Assembly: GCA_964016885.1 (NCBI GenBank)
Contig: OZ024741.1
Location: 8,742,001 to 8,806,000 of the forward strand
DNA length: 64,000 nt
Origin: Eledone cirrhosa
Lineage: Eukaryota
Direction of reading: 5' to 3'
Of this stretch, positions 1 to 12,500 are shown piece by piece (position 1 is the first letter of the stretch; every line of letters starts with the position of its first letter). The notes beneath the pieces are model-generated. The model made no database searches and had not been told where the DNA came from. It worked only from the letters and a program-made list of their open reading frames with translations. The position numbers and the translations under genes were made by a program.

Positions 1-2058
1 CTGTCTTCCAGCCACTCTGTCTGTACATCAGTGTTTCTTCCAGCCAGTCTGTCTGTATATCAGTCTGTGTTCTAGCCTCTCTGTCTGTATATCACTCTGT
101 CTTCCAGCCTCTCTGTCTTCCAGCCACTCTGCCTTCCAGCACGCTGTCTTCCAGCTTCTCTGTCTTCCAGCCACTCTGTCTTCCAGCCTCTCTGTCTGTA
201 TATCAGTCTGTCTTCCAGCCTCTCTGTCTTCCAGCCACTCTGTCCCTATATCAGTCTGAATTCCAGACTCTCTGACTTCCAGCCTCTCTGTTTTCAAGCC
301 TATCTGTCTTCAAGCCACTCTGTCTGTAAAAACAGTCTGTCTTCCAGCCTCTCTGTCTTCCAGTCTCTCTGTCTGTATATCAGTCTGTCTTCCAGCCTCT
401 CTGTCTTCCAGCCATTCTGTCTGTATATCAGTCTGTCTTCCAACCTCTCTGTCTTCCAGTCTCTCTGTCTGTATATCAGTCTGTCTTCCAGCCTCTCTGT
501 CTTCCAGCCACTCTGTCTGTATATGTCTGTCTTCCAGCTACTCTGTCTTCCAGCCACTCTGTCTGTATATCAGTCTGTCTTCCAGCCAATCTCTCTGTAA
601 ATCAGTCTGTCTTCCAGCCTCTCTGTCTTCCAGCCACTCTCTCTTCCAGGCTCTCTGTCTTCCAGCCACTCTGTCTGTATATCAGTCTGTCTTCCAGCCA
701 CTGTCATCCAGCCTCTCTATCTTCCAGCCTCTCTGTCTTCCAGTCTCTCTGTCTGTATATCAGTCAATCTTCCAGCCTCTCTGTCTGTATATGAGTCTGT
801 CTTCCAGCCTCTCTGTCTTCCAGCCACTCTGTCTTCCAGCCACTCTGTCTTCCAGCCTCTCTGTCTTCCAGCCACTCTGTATGTATATCAGTCTGTCTTC
901 CAGCCTCTCACTCTTCCAGCCACTCTGTATGTATATTAGTCTGTCTTCCAGCCACTCTGTCTTCCAGCCGCTCTGTCTTCCAGCCTCTCTGTCTTCCAGC
1001 CACTCTTTCTTCCAGCCACTCTGTCTTCCAGCCTCTCTGTCTTCCAGCCACTCTGTCTGTATATCAGTCTGTCTTCCAGCCTCTCTGTCTTCTAGCCACT
1101 CTGTCTTCCAGTCTCTCTGTCTGTATATCAGTCTGCCTTCCAGCCTCTCTGTCTTCCAGCCACTCTGTCTTCCAGCCAATCTGTCTGTATATCACTCTGT
1201 CTTCCAGCCTCTCTGTTTTCCAGCCCCTCTGTCTGTATATCAGTCTGTCTTCCAGCCACTCTGTCTGTATATCAGTCTGTCTTCCAGTCTCTCTGTCTTC
1301 CAGCCACTCTGTCTTTCAGCCACTCTGTCTGTATATCAGTATGTCTTCCACCCACTCTGTCTTCCAGCCACTCTGTCTGTATATCAGTCTGTCTTCCAGC
1401 CAGTCTGTCTTCCAGCCACTCTGTCTTCCAGCCTCTCTGTCTTCGAGGCACTCTGTCTTCTAGCCTCTCTGTCTTCCAGCCTCTCTGTCTTCCAGCCACT
1501 CTGTCTGTACATCAGTCTGTCTTCCAGCCACTCTGTCTGTATATCAGTCTGTGATCCCGCCTCTCTGTCTGTATATCAGTGTGTCTTCCAACCCCTCTGT
1601 CTTCCAGCCTCTCTGTCTTCCAGCCACTCTGTCTTCCAGCCTCTCTGTCTTCCAGCCACTCTGTCTGTACATCAGTGTTTCTTCTAGCCAGTCTGTCTGT
1701 ATATCAGTCTGTGTTCCAGCCTCTCTGTCTGTATATCAGTCTGTCTTCCAGCCTCTCTGTCTTCCAGCCTCTCTGTCTTCCAGCCTCTCTGTCTTCCAGC
1801 CACTATGTCTTGCAGCCTCTCTGTCTGTATATCAGTCTATCTTCCAGCTACTCTGATTGTATATCAATCTGTCTTCCAGCCTCTCTGTCTTCCAGCCACT
1901 CTGTCTGTATATGTCTGTCTTCCAGCTACTCTGTCTTCCAGCCACTCTGTCTGTATATCAGTCTGTCTTCCAGCCTCTCTGTCTTCCAGCCAATCTATCT
2001 GAAAATCAGTCTGTCTTCCAGCCTCTCTGTCTTCCAGCCAATCTGTCTGTATATCAGT

Positions 2059-2426
2059 CTGTCTTCCAGCCACTCTGTCTGTATATCAGTCTGTCTTCCA
2101 CCCTCTCTGTCTTCCAGCATCTCTGTCTGCATATCAGTATATCTTCCAGCCTCTCTGTCTAACAGCCTCTCTGTCTTCCAGCCACTCTGTCTTCCAGCCA
2201 CTCTGTTTTCCAGCCACTCTGTCTTCCAGCCTCTCTGTCTTCCAGCCACTCTGTCTGTATATCAGTCTGTCTTCCACCCTCTCTGTCTTCCAGCATCTCT
2301 GTCTGCATATCAGTATATCTTCCAGCCTCTCTGTCTACCAGCCTCTCTGTCTTCCAGCCACTCTGACTTCCAGCCACTCTGTTTTCCAGCCACTCTGTCT
2401 TCCAGCCTCTCTGTCTTCCAGCCACT
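2059..2426. repeat. Local tandem duplication, 176 bp (11 monomers)
   Basis: The rare block CTGTCTTCCACCCTCT-CTGTCTTCCAGCATCT-CTGTCTGCATATCAGT-ATATCTTCC starts at 2091 and again at 2267. Confidence 0.85.
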
Positions 2427-5204
2427 CTGTCTGTATATCAGTCTGTCTTCCAGCCTCTCTGTCTTCTAGCCACTCTGTCTTCCAGTCTCTCTGTCTGTAT
2501 ATCAGTCTGTCTTCCAGCCTCTCTGTCTTCCAGCCACTCTGTCTTCCAGCCAATCTGTCTGTATATCAGTCTCTCTTCCAGCCTCTCTGTTTTCCAGGCC
2601 CTCTGTCTGTAAATCAGTCTGTCTTCCAGCCACTCTGTCTTTATATCAGTCTGTCTTCCAGCCTCTCTGTCTTCCAGCCACTCTGTCTTTCAGCCACTCT
2701 GTCTGTATATCAGTATGTCTTCCACCCACTCTGTCTTCCAGCCACTCTGTCTGTATATCAGTCTGTCTTCCAGCCTCTCTGTCTTCCAGCTACTCTGTCT
2801 TCCAGCCAGTCTGTCTTCCAGCCAGTCTGTCTTCCAGCCACTCTGTCTTCCAGCCTCTCTGTCTTCCAGGTACTCTGTCTTCTAGCCTCTCTGTCTTCAA
2901 GCCTCTCTGTCTTCCAGCCACTCTGTCTGTACATCAGTCTGTCTTCCAGCCACTCTGTCTGTATGTCAGTCTGTGTTCCCGCCTCTCTGTCTGTATATCA
3001 GTGTGTCTTCCAGCCTCTCTGTCTTCCTGCCTCTCTGTCTTCCAGCCACTCTGTCTTCCAACCTCTCTGTCTTCCAGTCACTCTGTCTTCCAGCCTGTCT
3101 GTCTTCCAGCCTCTCTGTCTTCCAGCCACTCTGTCTGTACATCAGTGTTTCTTCCAGCCAGTCTGTCTGTATATCAGTCTGTGTTCTAGCCTCTCTGTCT
3201 GTATATCACTCTGTCTTCCAGCCTCTCTGTCTTCCAGCCACTCTGCCTTCCAGCACGTTGTCTTCCAGCTTCTCTGTCTTCCAGCCACTCTGTCTTCCAG
3301 CCTCTCTGTCTGTATATCAGTCTATCTTGCAGCCTCTCTGTCTTCCAGCCACTCTGTCCCTATATCAGTCTGAATTCCAGACTCTCTGACTTCCAGCCTC
3401 TCTGTCTTCAAGCCTATCTGTCTTCAAGCCACTCTGTCTGTAAAAACAGTCTGTCTTCCAGCCTCTCTGTCTTCCAGCCATTCTGTCTGTATATCAGTCT
3501 GTCTTCCAACCTCTCTGTCTTCCAGTCTCTCTGTCTGTATATCAGTCTGTCTTCCAGCCTCTCTGTCTTCCAGCCACTCTGTCTGTATATGTCTGTCTTC
3601 CAGCTACTCTGTCTTCCAGCCACTCTGTCTGTATATCAGTCTGTCTTCCAGCCAATCTCTCTGTAAATCAGTCTGTCTTCCAGCCTCTCTGTCTTCCAGC
3701 CAATCTGTCTGTATATCAGTCTGTCTTCCAGCCACTCTGTCTTCCAGCCACTCTGTCTTCCCACCTCTCGGTCTTCCAGCCTCTCTGTCTTCCAGAAAAT
3801 CTGTCTGTATATCAGTCTGTCTTCCAACCACTCTGTCTTCCAGCCACTCTGTCTTCCAGCCTCTCTGTCTTCCAGCCACTCTCTCTTCCAGGCTCTCTGT
3901 CTTCCAGCCACTCTGTCTGTATATCAGTCTGTCTTCCAGCCACTGTCATCCAGCCTCTCTATCTTCCAGCCTCTCTGTCTTCCAGTCTCTCTGTCTGTAT
4001 ATCAGTCAATCTTCCAGCCTCTCTGTCTGTATATGAGTCTGTCTTCCAGCCTCTCTGTCTTCCAGCCACTCTGTCTTCCAGCCACTCTGTCTTCCAGCCT
4101 CTCTGTCTTCCAGCCACTCTGTATGTATATCAGTCTGTCTTCCAGCCTCTCACTCTTCCAGCCACTCTGTATGTATATTAGTCTGTCTTCCAGCCACTCT
4201 GTCTTCCAGCCACTCTGTCTTCCAGCCTCTCTGTCTTCCAGCCACTCTGTTTTCCAGCCAATCTGTCTGTATATCAGTCTGTCTTCCAGCCTCTCTGTTT
4301 TCCAGCCCCTCTGTCTGTATATCAGTCTGTCTTCCAGCCACTCTGTCTGTATATCAGTCTGTCTTCCAGTCTCTCTGTCTTCCAGCCACTCTGTCTTTCA
4401 GCCACTCTGTCTGTATATCAGTATGTCTTCCACCCACTCTGTCTTCCAGCCACTCTGTCTGTATATCAGTCTGTTTTCCAGCCAGTCTGTCTTCCAGCCA
4501 CTCTGTCTTCCAGCCTCTCTGTCTTCGAGGCACTCTGTCTTCTAGCCTCTCTGTCTTCCAGCCTCTCTGTCTTCCAGCCACTCTGTCTGTACATCAGTCT
4601 GTCTTCCAGCCACTCTGTCTGTATATCAGTCTGTGATCCCGCCTCTCTGTCTGTATATCAGTGTGTCTTCCAACCCCTCTGTCTTCCAGCCTCTCTGTCT
4701 CCCAGCCACTCTGTCTTCCAGCCTCTCTGTCTTCCAGCCACTCTGTCTTCCAACCTCTCTGTCTTCCAGTCACTCTGTCTTCCAGCCTCTCTGTCTTCCA
4801 GCCTCTCTGTCTTCCAGCCACTCTGTCTGTACATCAGTGTTTCTTCCAGCCAGTCTGTCTGTATATCAGTCTGTGTTCCAGCCTCTCTGTCTGTATATCA
4901 GTCTGTCTTCCAGCCTCTCTGTCTTCCAGCCTCTCTGTCTTCCAGCCACTATGTCTTGCAGCCTCTCTGTCTGTATATCAGTCTATCTTCCAGCTACTCT
5001 GATTGTATATCAATCTGTCTTCCAGCCTCTCTGTCTTCCAGCCACTCTGTCTGTATATGTCTGTCTTCCAGCTACTCTGTCTTCCAGCCACTCTGTCTGT
5101 ATATCAGTCTGTCTTCCAGCCTCTCTGTCTTCCAGCCAATCTATCTGAAAATCAGTCTGTCTTCCAGCCTCTCTGTCTTCCAGCCAATCTGTCTGTATAT
5201 CAGT

Positions 5205-5555
5205 CTGTCTTCCAGCCACTCTGTCTGTATATCAGTCTGTCTTCCACCCTCTCTGTCTTCCAGCATCTCTGTCTGCATATCAGTATATCTTCCAGCCTCT
5301 CTGTCTAACAGCCTCTCTGTCTTCCAGCCACTCTGTTTTCCAGCCACTCTGTCTTCCAGCCTCTCTGTCTTCCAGCCACTCTGTCTGTATATCAGTCTGT
5401 CTTCCACCCTCTCTGTCTTCCAGCATCTCTGTCTGCATATCAGTATATCTTCCAGCCTCTCTGTCTAACAGCCTCTCTGTCTTCCAGCCACTCTGTCTTC
5501 CAGCCACTCTGTTTTCCAGCCACTCTGTCTTCCAGCCTCTCTGTCTTCTAGCCAC
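5205..5555. repeat. Local tandem duplication, 160 bp (10 monomers), paralogous to 2059-2426
   Basis: The same rare block starts at 5237 and 5397. Confidence 0.85.
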
Positions 5556-6532
5556 TCTGTCTTCCAGTCTCTCTGTCTGTATATCAGTCTGTCTTCCAGC
5601 CTCTCTGTCTTCCAGCCACACTGTCTTCCAGCCAATCTGTCTGTATAACAGTCTCTCTTCCAGCCTCTCTGTTTTCCAGGCCCTCTGTCTGTATATCAGT
5701 CTGTCTTCCAGCCACTCTGTCTTCCAGCCTCTCTGTCTTCCAGGTACTCTGTCTTCTAGCCTCTCTGTCTTCCAGCCTCTCTGTCTTCCAGCCACTCTGT
5801 CTGTACATCAGTCTGTCTTCCAGCCACTCTGTCTGTATTTCAGTCTGTGTTCCCGCCTCTCTGTCTGTATATCAGTGTGTCTTCCAGCCTCTCTGTCTTC
5901 CTGCCTCTCTGTCTTCCAGCCACTCTGTCTTCCAGTCACTCTGTCTTCCAGTCTGTCTTCCAGCCTCTCTGTCTTCCAGCCACTCTGTCTGTACATCAGT
6001 GTTTCTTCCAGCCAGTCTGTCTGTATATCAGTCTGTGTTCTAGCCTCTCTGTCTCTATATCACTCTGTCTTCCAGCCTCTCTGTCTTCCAGCCACTCTGG
6101 CTTCCAGCCACGCTGTCTTCCAGCTTCTCTGTCTTCCAGCCACTCTGTCTTCCAGCCTCTCTGTCTGTATATCAGTCTGTCTTCCAGCCTCTCTGTCTTC
6201 CAGCCACTCTGTCCCTATATCAGTCTGAATTCCAGACTCTCTGTCTTCCAGCCTCTCTGTCTTCAAGCCTATCTGTCTTCAAGCCACTCTGTCTGTATAT
6301 CAGTCTGTCTTCCAGCCTCTCTGTCTTCCAGTGTCTCTGTCTGTATATCAGTCTGTCTTCCAGCCTCTCTGTCTTCCAGCCATTCTGTCTGTATATCAGT
6401 CTGTCTTCCAACCTCTCTGTCTTCCAGTCTCTCTGTCTGTATATCAGTCTGTCTTCCAGCCTCTCTGTCTTCCAGCCACTCTGTCTGTATATGTCTGTCT
6501 TCCAGATACTCTGTCTTCCAGCCACTCTGTAT

Positions 6533-8078
6533 GTATATCAGTCTGTCTTCCAGCCAATCTCTCTGTAAATCAGTCTGTCTTCCAGCCTCTCTGTCTTCCA
6601 GCCAATCTGTCTGTATATCAGTCTGTCTTCCAGCCACTCTGTCTTCCAGCCACTCTGTCTTCCAGCCTCTCCGTCTTCCAGCCTCTCTGTCTTCCAGAAT
6701 ATCTGTCTGTATATCAGTCTGTCTTCCAGCCACTCTGTCTTCCAGCCACTCTTTCTTCCAGCCTCTCTGTCTTCCAGCCACTCTCTCTTCCAGGCACTCT
6801 GTCTTCCAGCCACTCTGTCTGTATATCAGTCTGTCTTCCAGCCACTCTGTCTTCCAGCCACTCTCTCTTCCAGCCTCCCTGACTTCCAGCCTCTCTGTCT
6901 GTATATGAGTCTGTCTTCCAGCCACTCTGTCTTCCAGCCACTTTGTCTTCCAGCCTCTCACTCTTCCAGCCACTCTGTATGTATATTAGTCTGTCTTCCA
7001 GCCACTCTGTCTTCCAGCCGCTCTGTCTTCCAGCCTATCTGTCTTCCAGTCACTCTGTCTGTATATCAGTCTGTCTTCCAGCCACTCTGTCTTCCAGCCA
7101 CTCTGTCTTCCAGCCTCTCTGTCTTCCAGCCTCTCTGTATTCCAGCAAATCTGTCTGTATATCAGTCTGTCTTCCAGCCACTCTGTTTTCCAGCCACTCT
7201 GTCTTCCAGCCTCTCTGTCTTCCAGCCACTCTGTCTGTATATCAGTCTGTCTTCCAGCCTCTCTGTCTTCTTGCCACTCTGTCTTCCAGTCTCTCTGTCT
7301 GTATATCAGTCTGTCTTCCAGCCAATCTCTCTGTAAATCAGTCTGTCTTCCAGCCTCTCTGTCTTCCAGCCAATCTGTCTGTATATCAGTCTGTCTTCCA
7401 GCCACTCTGTCTTCCAGCCACTCTGTCTTCCAGCCTCTCCGTCTTCCAGCCTCTCTGTCTTCCAGAAAATCTGTCTGTATATCAGTCTGTCTTCCAGCCA
7501 CTCTGTCTTCCAGCCACTCTGTCTTCCAGCCTCTCTGTCTTCCAGCCACTCTCTCTTCCAGGCTCTCTGTCTTCCAGACACTCTGTCTGTATATCAGTCT
7601 GTCTTCCAGCCACTCTGTCTTCCAGCCACTCTCTCTTCCAGCCTCCCCGACTTCCAGCCTCTCTGTCTGTATATGAGTCTGTCTTCCAGCCACTCTGTCT
7701 TCCAGCCACTCTGTCTTCCAGCCTCTCACTCTTCCAGCCACTCTGTATGTATATTAGTCTGTCTTCCAGCCACTCTGTCTTCCAGCCGCTCTGTCTTCCA
7801 GCCTATCTGTCTTCCAGCCACTCTGTCTGTATATCAGTCTGTCTTCCAGCCACTCTGTCTTCCAGCCACTCTGTCTTCCAGCCTCTCTGTCTTCCAGCCT
7901 CTCTGTATTCCAGCAAATCTGTCTGTATATCAGTCTGTCTTCCAGCCACTCTGTTTTCCAGCCACTCTGTCTTCCAGCCTCTCTGTCTTCCAGCCACTCT
8001 GTCTGTATATCAGTCTGTTTTCCAGCCTCTCTGTCTTCTTGCCACTCTGTCTTCCAGTCTCTCTGTCTGTATATCAGT
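6533..8078. repeat. Tandem duplication, 768 bp (48 monomers)
   Basis: ORF pairs 6538/7306, 6714/7482, 6905/7673 and 6986/7754 all have offset 768. Shared variants include CTCTCCGTC, GTATATGAGT and TATTCCAGCAAATC. Confidence 0.9.
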
Positions 8079-11000
8079 CCGTCTTCCAGCCTCTCTGTCT
8101 TCCAGCCACTCTGTCTTCCAGCCAATCTGTCTGTATATCAGTCTGTCTTCCAGCCCCTCTGTCTGTATATCAGTCTGTCTTCCAGCCACTCTGTCTGTAT
8201 ATCAGTCTGTCATCCAGTCTCTCTGTCTTCCAGCCACTCTGTCTTTCAGCCACTCTGTCTGTATATCAGTATGTCTTCCACCCACTCTGTCTTCCAGCCA
8301 CTCTGTCTGTATATCAGTCTGTCTTCCAGCCTCTCTGTCTTCCAGCCACTCTGTCTTCCAGCCACTCTGTCTTCCAGCCAGTCTGTCTTCCAGCCAGTCT
8401 GTCTTCCAGCTACTCTGTCTTCCAGGCTCTCTGTCTTCCAGGCAATCTGTCTTCTAGCCTCTCTGTCTTCCAGCCTCTCTGTCTTCCAGCCACTCTGTCT
8501 GTACAACAGTCTGTCTTCCAGCCATTCTGTCTGTATATCAGTCTGTGATCCCGCCTCTCTGTCTGTATATCAGTGTGTCTTCCACCTCTCTGTCTTCCAG
8601 CCTCTCTGTCTCCCAGCCACTCTGTCTTCCAGCCTCTCTGTCTTCCAGCCACTCTGTCTTCCAACCTCTCTGTCTTCCAGTCACTCTGTCTTCCAGCCTC
8701 TCTGTCTTCCAGCCTCTCTGTCTTCCAGCCACTCTGTCTTTACATCAGTGTTTCTTCCAGCCAGTCTGTCTGTATATCAGTCTGTGTTCCAGCCTCCCTG
8801 TCTGTATATCAGTCTGTCTTCCAGCCTCTCTGTCTTCCAGCCACTCTGCCTTCCAGCTACTCTGTCTTCCAGCTTCTCTCTCTTCCAGCCACTCTGTCTT
8901 CCAGCCTCTCTGTCTGTATATCAGTCTGTCTTCCAGCCTCTCTGTCTTACAGCCTCTCTGTCTTCCAGCCACTCTGTCCCTATATCAGTCTGTATTCCAG
9001 ACTCTCTGTCTTCCAGCCTCTCTGTCTTCAAGCCTATCTGTCTTCAAGCGACTCTGTCTGTATACCAGTCTGTCTTCCAACCTCTCTGTCTTCCAGTCAC
9101 TCTGTCTGTATATCAGTCTGTCTTCCAGACTCTCTGTCTTCCAGCCACTCTGTCTGTATATGTCTGTCTTCCAGCTACTCTGTCTTCCAGCCAATCTGTC
9201 ATCCAGCCTATCTATATTCCAGCCTCTCTGTCTGTATATCAGTCTGTCTTCCAGCCTCTCTGTCTTCCAGCCACTCTGTCTGTATATCAGTCTCTATTCC
9301 AGCCTCTCTGTCTTCCATCCACTCTGTATTCCAGCCTCTCTGTCTGTATATCAGTCTGTCTTGCAGCCTCTCTGTCTTCCAGCCGGTCTGTCTTCCAGCC
9401 ACTCTATCTGTACATCAGTCTGTCTTCCAGCCACTCTGTCTGTATATCAGTCTGTGTTCCCGCCTCTCTGTCGGTATATCAGTGTGTCTTCCAGCCTCTC
9501 TGTCTTCCAGCCACTCTGTCTTCCAGCCACTCTGTCTTACAGCCTCTCTGTCTTCCAGCCACTCTGTCTTCCAACCTCTCTGTCTTCCAGTCACTCTGTC
9601 TTCCAGCCTCTCTGTCTTCCAGCCTCTCTGTCTTCCAGCCACTCTGTCTGTACATCAGTCTGTCTACCAGCTAGTCTGTTTTTATATCATTCTATGTTCC
9701 ATCCTCTTTGTCTGTATATCAGTCTGTCTTCCAACCTCTCTGTCTTCCAGCCACTCTGCCTTCCAGCCACTCTGTCTTCCAGCCTCTCTGTCTTCCATCC
9801 ACTCTGTCTTCCAGCCTCTCTGTCTGTATATCAGACTGTCTTCCAGCCGCTCTGTCTCCCAGCCTCTCTGTCTTCCAGCCACTCTGTCCCTATATCAGTC
9901 TGTATTCCAGACTATCTGTCTTCCAGCCTCTCTGTCTTCAAGTCTATCTGTCTTCAAGCCACTCTGTCTGTATATCAGTCTGTCTTCCAACCTCTCTGTC
10001 TTCCAGTCTCTCTGTCTGTATATCAGTCTGTCTTCCAGCCTCTCTGTCTTCCAGCCATTCTGTCTGTATATCAGTCTGTCTTCCAGCCTCTCTGTCTTCC
10101 AGCCACTCGGTCTATATATGTCTGTCTTCCAGCTACTCTCTCTTCCAGCCACTCTGTCTGTAAATCAATCTGTCTTCCAGCCTCTCTGTCTTCCAGCCAA
10201 TCTATCTGTAAATCAGTCTGTCTTCCAGCCTCTCTGTCTTCCAGCAAATCTGTCTGGATTATAAGTCTGTCTTCGAAGCCTCTCTGTCTGTATATTAGTC
10301 TGTCTTCCAGTCACTCTGTCTTCCAGCCAATCTGTCTTCCAGCCTCTCTGTCTTCCAGCCTCTCTGTCTTCCAGCAAATCTGTCTGTATATCAGTCTGTC
10401 TTCCAGCCACTCTGTCTTCCAGCCACTCTGTCTTCCAGCCTCTCTGTCTTCCCGTCACTCTCTCTTCCAGCCTCTCTGTCTTCCAGCCACTCTGTCTTCC
10501 AGCCTCTCTATCTTCCAGCCTCTCTCTCTTCCAGTCTCTCTGTCTGTATATCAGTCAATCTTTCAGCCTCTCTAACTTCCAGCCTCTCTGTCTGTATATC
10601 AGTCTGTCTTCCAGCCTCTCTCTCTTCCAGCCACTCTGTCTTCCAGCCACTCTGTCTTCCAGCCTCTCTGTCTTCCAGCCACTCTGTCTGTATATCAGTC
10701 TGTCTTCCAGCCTCTCACTCTTCCAGCCACTCTGTATGTATATCAGTCTGTCTTCCAGCCACTCTGTCTCTATATCAGTCTGTCTTCCAGCCTCTCTCTC
10801 TTCCAGCCACTCTGTCTGTATAACAGTCTCTCTTTCAGCCAAACTGTCTACCAGCCTCTCTGTCTTCCAACCACTCTGTCTTCCAGCAACTCTGTTTTCC
10901 AGCCACTCTGTCTTCCAGCCTCTCTTTCTTCCAGCCACTCTGTCTGTATATCAGTCTGTCTTCCAGCCTCTCTGTCTTCCAGCCACTCTGTCTTCCAGTC

Positions 11001-11704
11001 TCTCTGTCTGTATATCAGTCTGTCTTCCAGCCTCTCTGTCTTCCACCCACTCTGTCTTCCAGCCACTCTATCTGTATATCAGTCTGTCTTCCAGCCTCTC
11101 TGTCTTCCAGCCACTCTGTCTACCAGCCACTCTGTCTTCCAGCCAGTCTGTCTTCCAGCCACTCTATCTTCCAGACTCTCTGTCTTCCAGGCACTCTGTC
11201 TTCTAGCCTCTCTGTCTTCCAGCCTCTCTCTCTTCCAGCCACACTGTCTGCACATCAGTCTGTCTTCCAGCCACTCTGTCTGTATATCAGTCTGTGTTCC
11301 CGCCTCTCTGTCTGTATATCAGTGTGTCTTCCAGACTCTCTCTCTTCCAGCCACTCTGTCCCCCAGCAACTCTGTCTTCCAGCCTCTCTGTCTTCCAGCC
11401 ACTCTGTCTTCCAACCTCTCTGTCTCCCAGTCACTCTGTCTTCCAGCCTCTCTGTCCTCCAGTCTCTCTGTCTTCCAGCCTCTCTGTCTGTACATCAGTG
11501 TTTCTTCCAGCCAGTCTGTCTGTATATCAGTCTGTGTTCCAGCCTCTTTGTCTGTATATCAGTCTGTCTTCCAGCCTCTCTGTCTTCCAGCCACTCTGCC
11601 TTCCAGCCACTCTGTCTTCCAGCCTCTCTGTCTTCCAGCCACTCTGTCTTCAAGCCTCTCTGTCTTCCAGCCACTCTGTCCCTATATCAGTCTGTATTCC
11701 AGAC

Positions 11705-12500
11705 TCTCTGTCTTCCAGCCTCTCTGTCTTCCAGCCTCTCTGTCTTCGAGCCATTCTGTCTGTATATCAGTCTGTCTTCCAGCCTCTCTGTCTTCCAGCC
11801 TCTCTGTCTCCCAGCCTCTCTGTCTTCCAGCCTCTCTGTCTTCCAGCCTCTCTGTCTTCGAGCCATTCTGTCTGTATATCAGTCTGTCTTCCAACCTCAC
11901 TGTCTTCCAGTCTCTCTGTCTGTATATCAGTCTGTCTTCCAACCTCTCTGTCTTCCAGCCACTCTGTCTGTATATCTCTGTCTTCCAGCTACTCTGTCTT
12001 CCAGCCACTCTGTCTGTATATCAGTCTGTCTTCCAGCCTCTCTGTCTTCCAGCCAATCTGTCTGTATATCAGTCTGTCTTCTAGCCACTCTGTCTGTATA
12101 TCAGTCTGTCTTCCAGCCACTCTGTCTGTATATCAGTCTGTCTTCCAGCCTCTCTGTCTTCCAGCCTCTCTGTCTTCCAGCCTCTCTGTCTTCGAGCCAT
12201 TCTGTCTGTATATCAGTCTGTCTTCCAGCCTCTCTGTCTTCCAGCCTCTCTGTCTCCCAGCCTCTCTGTCTTCCAGCCTCTCTGTCTTCCAGCCTCTCTG
12301 TCTTCGAGCCATTCTGTCTGTATATCAGTCTGTCTTCCAACCTCACTGTCTTCCAGTCTCTCTGTCTGTATATCAGTCTGTCTTCCAACCTCTCTGTCTT
12401 CCAGCCACTCTGTCTGTATATCTCTGTCTTCCAGCTACTCTGTCTTCCAGCCACTCTGTCTGTATATCAGTCTGTCTTCCAGCCTCTCTGTCTTCCAGCC
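11705..12500. repeat. 446-bp duplication containing a nested 112-bp (7-monomer) duplication
   Basis: CTTCGAGCCATTC occurs at about 11744, 11856, 12190 and 12302 (spacings 112, 334, 112). ORF ends 12008 and 12454 have offset 446. Confidence 0.85.

Larger units (their letters stand above)
1..9200. repeat. Diverged ~2.8-3.1-kb higher-order repeat, about 3 copies (left domain)
   Basis: The marker GTCCCTATATCAGTCTGAATTCCAGAC has its GAATTC at 258, 3372 and 6227 (spacings 3114 and 2855); a GTATTC version lies near 8990. GTGATCCCGCC occurs at 1551, 4633 and 8545. ORF-track paralogues are 1551/4633 and 1864/5010. Confidence 0.8.
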
